From contig NW_014039762.1 in the NCBI RefSeq assembly GCF_001186125.1, forward strand, positions 1 through 42,232: DNA of 42,232 nt. The letters are read 5' to 3'. The position numbers and the translations under genes were made by a program. The notes under the pieces were generated by a model that worked only from the letters and a program-made list of their open reading frames with translations, was not told the DNA's origin and searched no databases. The stretch is from Sphaeroforma arctica JP610 (taxonomy: Eukaryota). Shown in pieces: positions 36,147 to 42,232 of this stretch; position 1 is the first letter of the stretch, and every line of letters begins with the position of its first letter.

Positions 36147-39100
36147 TTATAGAAGTAGGTTCTTGAATGTGTTCCTTTCTCGTTGCTGGAGCTCAATATC
36201 TAGTTTGTGCACTAACGCGAGTTCCTTCCGAGCCTCGGGTAGTCTGTCGTCATTCACTCGCAGGGATTTCTCCAAATCAGTCCTCGCTTGGACAACGTCC
36301 GACTGTATGAACAATTTCAGGTTGGATTTTCGATCAGGATTTCGTCAGTTGTCTCAAAACGAGATAATCTATGCAACAGCTGCATTCCAACGCACGCATT
36401 ATGTATTCAATGCCATCCAGATTGTAAACTAATGAAATAACTTTGCTGCGCTACCCATAAGCACCTTGAAATCACGAGTACGCCCTCCAATCCCTAGAAC
36501 GGATTGAATACATCCGGAGGCAATGTGAAAATATCAGTTGCCAGTCAATACCTCTTCCATGGCACATTAGCTCTATAATCGTATCCTCGTTGCAAACCGT
36601 GGTCCAATTTTTAGTTTGATCTGTGCTATAAACAATCGACCAAAATTCTCACCATTAAACGGTGTGCTCGTCCGCGTCGCAACAGCGCCTTTGTATTCTC
36701 AGGATCGTGCTTCAGAATTTTCGTCGCGTATTTCACTGTCTCGTCATACCTACCAGTCTTCAGTGTGCATAGACACGCATTCAGGCCTAACGGCGTTTCT
36801 AACTCGTCGATTGACTGATAAAAAGAATCGCGGAATTCAATGTGGTGTCGAGATGCTACATGGATGCGCCAATTGCACCGTATGTAGAGTACTATGCGCG
36901 ACACTCACCAGTAGATGTAAAACAAACATCGATTTGTGCTGGACTTTTAGTCAATAAAACACCGTGAGGCGTTAAAGCCGGCCGTTAAGCATAGAGGATA
37001 CACATCGAGGTTAACAGACGTGTGAAATGTTCGCGTTACGAGTCCTGCCTACGAGGTGCGCGGCGCACACAGAAAAAAATTTGTGAGAACTAGTGAGTTT
37101 TCTGCACACGATGCATAGAGTGTGTATCATGAATGGGCTGTGAATGACAAACAAGTGAAGAGTATAATGCTTGCGACAAGTATATAGTACACAAATTTGC
37201 CAGGGTTTGTCGACAATGCACAGCACACAGCTAGCAATACAGAACGCAAACGTAGGCTACAGATCCCCCCAACCCAATATCCGTCAAAATCACCATTCTA
37301 ATACTTCACAACATGCGGATAACCTAATTTACCTTCGGGATTCCCAGAGGCTCGGCCCTCACACGTTCCAAGTACCGCAGTGCACGCACATAGCACTCTA
37401 AGGCTTCTGCGTGCTGGCCGTTTCGGACCAGCGTGTTGCCCTCCTCGCGCAATCTGCGTGGCTTATACGAAAGGCGGCAGTAGAATTGCGAGAGTATGAT
37501 ATAAGTTGGATCCTCGACAGGTGGAAACCCCTGCAAAGCCGAGCAGGGGAACACCTGTATTGTACCCCCCCCTCCCCTCGGAGATATGAGTTGTGCGCGA
37601 TATGTTGGTGTTATGCAGAGTAAATGTCAGCCTGAAGGTTAGTATCGAGTAGGCTAATTTGTTGGAGCATCAAGGAGAGATATTCATCCGCTCGGTTTGA
37701 GCACCCTAAGCTTCTGAGAACAGGCGCGAGGTCTGTATGGCAACATGGAAGAGTTACGATCTGCGTGTATATTGTAGACATAACGGCACAGTCTCAGCCT
37801 ACACTCCCATAGGTTCTTTAGATAAACTACTGATTCGGTGTATAGAGATAACAGGAGGTAAAGTCTCGGGTTACTATTGATTAACGATGTTTCATGCCTC
37901 GCAGCTGCGTATTCCAGGGATATGTTTTGGTGGCATATTTGTCAGACTATTGTAATGCATAACATTCATCCGTCCAATGAGGATTTCAAAGCACAAGCTA
38001 CATTTCATGACCACAGAAAGCGAAGATTAAGAACAAACTCACTAGTACCACGGGTAATCCAAACGTCGTCCTGGCCCTCTCACTTACAACGGTATCAATC
38101 GGATTTTCTCTTCAACATCAATTTCCCAGAACTCTTCTTTGTAAGTGTGGGGAGCGATGTAATCTACAACTTCCAACTCAAACACCAGCTGGTCCTCGTT
38201 CAGAATCTCAATGAGCCCATCACCCAGCTCCAGTGCCAGCGCCTGCTTTTCAACGCAGGAGTGCGGTTGTGCATGGTCCTGTTTGTGGTCGTGATTTGGT
38301 CACATGTTAATGTGACAGTTGTGGCGAGAAGACAACACCAGGCGAACGTCTAGAAAGCAGAAATTGTGAGCCAAAATAAAGAAATAATAATTTACTTAAT
38401 CATTAACTGCGGGTCCAATACCAAAAAATATCCAGTGCTATCATACGATAGTTCGATATAGTAAGTACCTCAGAAATTGTGCCTTATGCAGCTAACAAGC
38501 GCAAGGTACATGAACTATGATAGAATTGCAAACTATTTATCGTTACAGAATGGCTCATAACAAGTTCTCCACATTTTCACTGTACAAAGCATAAAAGCTC
38601 ACCACAAACCTACAGGAATACTAAAGAATACACAACCCCTCAGACTGCCTAAGGCGACCACGAACATTACTCCTGAAAAATCATAGGTAACTTTAGAACC
38701 GACAACTGCGCCACGCTGTAAGCCAACAGAGGCTAGTGACTGAGTACAATATAGTTCTCTCCGAAAAACCGGGTTAAACAACTAGCGCACACGCAGGGCA
38801 ACACCCGCAAATATAACTGGAATCGCACTCATACATGAGACTGGGGTGTGTTCGACTCTGGCACTGCATGCCTTTGTCTCTGCACCAATGAGAATTGGGG
38901 ATACGGACTCGCAGCCAATTGGGAGCACTCTATGCGGGCCACCTCACCCAATCGCATGGTGGGCACTGCGAGCTCCCACGCCTTGAGCTTGAAGCTCTTC
39001 CCTAGTAGCGGTACATGCGGAGCAATAGTTTGTGTGTTCAAATATGGACTGTGGTACTACCACCGTATAGTTGCCGGGGATTTGAGCATATACAACAGAT

Positions 39101-40479
39101 GTACAGAAATGGATGCCCTCAGACTGGGGCGTTGTGAACAGGGAAGATCAGAAACGCCGTTCGATCGCGGACGAGTACTTGCGCAGAACCTCTCCAACGC
39201 CCACAAGACAACTCCTGACCTTGTAGTCCGAGCTTTTCAGCCACTAACCGGTGCTATAGCACAATGCACAACGATGTTATATATATCCGCACTTGAACAA
39301 CCCCAATGATTCCACAGCACTACATGGGACGCCCAATTGATGGGGAATGATATTAGTCCACAAATGCGCACAGTTTTTGCAGTAGTGGCATGCCTGATAT
39401 ATAAAATAGGTAGCTCAGACTTCCACATACGTATATCAGTCATGATACAATTATATCAAGCCAGCGAAAGGACACGAGCACGCCAATTCAGTCTGTGCTC
39501 AGCAGAAACAGGGCTACGAGCTGAGGCCGGGCGTACATACAGGCACACATCCGTCTAGAATCAGTACACACAACATACACACAGGAGCAATACAGTAATA
39601 ACAAACACAAGAGTATACCTACCTAATACCAGATCAAAGGGTGGCCAGCCACTGGCGCGGCTATTGTCTATCACGCGCCCGTCTGTATACAAGGCCTTGA
39701 AATGAAGCAACACCTGAAGTGAATGGTCGAGTGCTTGGATGTGAGTGGCGATTCCTGATACAGGGTGTCAATCGGAAGCCTCCACAGAGTATGGATATAC
39801 TATTTGTGTCGGATATATCAATCTCAGGGACGTCATAAAAACTATCCGAGATTATTGAAAGACAGTGATGACCGATAGCAACTGACAAGTGACAACAGCA
39901 GCGTACAGCGTACTTTACAGTACGTCTCAGCCCGACTACACTGTACTCCGGGCCCTGGGGCATAGTACATCGTAGGAGGCTCTGCTGAACAGTAGCAGGG
40001 GCTCTGTAGACAGCAATACACTATACCGAAGTATTGCTGGTGTGGTATCACGAACTTGCTTGTCTCAGTTGATACTAAACTGTGCCAAGTTATATCATAA
40101 CCTAATTATTCATTACTTGACAAAGATTTTTCAGGTCTCTTGGGACTTGGCCCTTACCGAGTTGGACTGATCGTCGAAGCAAATACTGGAGCCTGGTACT
40201 GGATTTAGGACTGTAGTAGTATATAACTGACTGGGACAGAGCATACAGTTGTGTAGCAAACTTCACAAGCCAGATTTTGTCAGAACACACTAGACTGCTG
40301 CTGCGGCTGGATATAGAGGGTTATAGCTACAAGCTTATACTTAGCAGTGTACGAGAATGTACAGATAGATACGTTGCCCTAATCATTTATGTGTGTGGCG
40401 TCGGGTACATGCATCAAGTCAAGACTCCATCATTCAGAAACAGTATTCCATGAATACACATTGGTGTTTAGAAACAGAG

Positions 40480-40511
<32 letters not shown>

Positions 40512-40941
40512 CACATAACCTAACGAGGCTTTGTGCATGCGATCATGGAGATTGGCATCTTGAAGGAGGGCATACATGAATGATTTCAAGTGATTGTTCA
40601 CACGCATGTTGTATAGTACCCATGCAGCGTTGTTCCTGTACACGTCAGCATACCTTCCCACCGGCTTTGCAGTGACTACCCAGCTCGGGACCAGTGCCCT
40701 CATGCAGCACTCTAATCTTGCAGATACCCTCATCTAACACGATGATTTCATCTGATTCGGTCGCGCTAACTAATTTGGTCGTTTCATCTAGTGGGAAAGT
40801 GACGTTCTGTGCGATATGTTTGCCCGTTGCGACCGCTTCATCTGATGTGATTCCCTTTGTATCCTCCACTTCTCCGAGACATTTCGTCTGTGACTGTGTC
40901 AGTGCCATTGTGTTGACTATGCCGGCTAAAGCAGTGGACAT
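36147..40941 (-). CDS. AIP: AIP/AIPL1-like FKBP-type PPIase-fold plus TPR co-chaperone, 7 exons, 391 aa
   Basis: Exons in transcript order: 40654-40941, 39623-39713, 38835-39001, 38088-38278, 37333-37453, 36653-36814, 36147-36302. All GT-AG with consistent phases (1176 nt). Motifs VLHEGTG, FKALYTDGRVIDNSR, LVLGKSFKLKAWELAVPTMRLGEVARIEC, LVFELEV...YKEEFW...EEK..LIPLLREEGN, PLGLNAC, NTKALLRRGRAH follow the AIP/AIPL1 pattern (GKKFKLxVWE...TMxxGE, EEK..AVP.IHxEGN, NVKAYxxRxxAH). Confidence 0.88.
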
Positions 40942-41127
40942 ATAAACTCGTACTCAATAGATAGTAGCAATGGCGAATATAGCGATGGTGAATGTAGTTA
41001 GACTTAGTATATATATATATATATATTCTATACTACTTACTGATACGCAATGCACCAACTACGATAGCAAGGTGTGTACTCTGAGCTTTGTAAATGTTGA
41101 AGAACACTGTTTGTCTATCACTCCCTG

Positions 41128-41203
41128 TCGTGGAACTAGTTATATATACAGCGCAATATTGGACCGTGGAACTAGTTTAAATACATAAAGCGCAATATTG
41201 GAC
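41128..41203. repeat. ~38-bp tandem duplication in the intergenic region between divergent genes
   Basis: cgtggaactagtt...agcgcaatattggac occurs twice. A second short duplication, atgatgaatatataaattgtgtca, lies at ~41352-41402. Confidence 0.8.
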
Positions 41204-41811
41204 ATAAAATAGTGTTCTACCCAACAAAATGCATAAAATATGTGCATGACTGCATGTCCCCGTTTTGTTGACCCATTAATGTGTCTGGGTTTAGGGTTTT
41301 CGAGTTTGTAATCACTACAATCAGCTCGTCACAATAATAAATAAATAATGAATGATGAATATATAAATTGTGTCAGTCATGATGAATATATAAATTGTGT
41401 CATGAAAGTTGAAGGTCTACTTTCACGACAAGGTGTTCGTGTTCGTATATTGTGAGCCAAACCAACACCTCCAGTCGTAGTCATAGCAACAGTACTTCAC
41501 CTCGGGCTAATCCCGTATTGTATGTCCGAGTGAGCTGTGTTGAGTCCTCTACACAATCAACTAAGTTCAAATTAAACGTTGAACTTGTGGATGTCTTTAC
41601 AGCACAGTAATCCCATATGATTGATTGACAGGGTCACCCTCGATTCGGTTCGACGACGCCAGCACTCATAGAGAGAGCCATACACCACCGGCTGACATAT
41701 ATGCAGATATATAGGAGAACTATATCTGTATTTGAACACTTTAAAACCTATAACCTATACTAGAATATCTACAACACACACCACCAATAACTACAAAGAT
41801 ATACTTTAGCT

Positions 41812-41989
41812 ATGCCTCTTCTAATATCCAAGAAACGCCAGAACAGTCTGCCGGACGAATTCAGGGGCACAAAGGCCAATTCCTCAGCAAGAAGGATTAG
41901 AGACTGGGTACAGTTAAAATATCGGAATTTTAGACTGACGACACGCACAATTGTACTATGTATTCTACTGTCGATCATCTATTTCTACG
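41812..41989 (+). CDS. Probable first exon of a type II membrane protein gene that continues beyond the window
   Basis: ATG, basic cytosolic N-terminus, then a hydrophobic stretch (TIVLCILLSIIYFY), ending at a G|GTATGT donor of the type used by the other genes here. Confidence 0.55.
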
Positions 41990-42232
41990 GTATGTGATGA
42001 ATCGAGGTGTCAAAGGCACACTTGATGACCATAAAAAGCAGCATTCGATGGAGTGGTAATATTCGTGATATAGAAGTACTAGCATAGTTATAAACAAAAA
42101 CACATACTATATACACACATATCTACATTATGCACACACATTAATATATACACAAGCAAATACATCTATGATATCTGTTACACCCAACCACCCAAACTAC
42201 GCACACACACACACGCGCGCGCACATACACAC

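Noticed and set aside
41287..41300. Telomere-like or telobox motif gggtttagggtttt (also aaaaccctaaaaccctaa at ~10645)
   Set aside because: Only 1-2 units, too short to support a telomeric or regulatory call.

Overview
Intron-rich eukaryotic genomic DNA with several N gaps and microsatellites; the organism cannot be determined from the sequence. Two spliced minus-strand genes could be reconstructed by hand with consistent splice phases. The first is a 21-exon AP-2 complex alpha subunit (2320-17151, 951 aa) that contains one GC-AG intron. The second is a 7-exon FKBP+TPR co-chaperone of the AIP/AIPL1 type (36147-40941, 391 aa). Between them lies a full-length but decayed Ty3/gypsy-type LTR retrotransposon (19852-28815, minus strand, ~0.92 kb LTRs, PPT). 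Its polyprotein reads Gag-PR-RT-RNaseH-[phage Dam-like N6-adenine methyltransferase, NPPW]-DDE integrase-GPY/F-chromodomain-like. A methyltransferase after RNase H is known from DIRS (tyrosine recombinase) elements but is not part of the standard integrase-encoding LTR element. A second, much more degraded retroelement relic (~31230-33560, plus strand) appears to keep the same RT-RH-MTase order, suggesting a lineage rather than a one-off capture. This is the most interesting signal in the window. Also present are a probable small intronless acidic ORF (707-1165), the first exon of a type II membrane protein gene at the right edge, and intronic duplications of AP2A exon pieces and splice sites.
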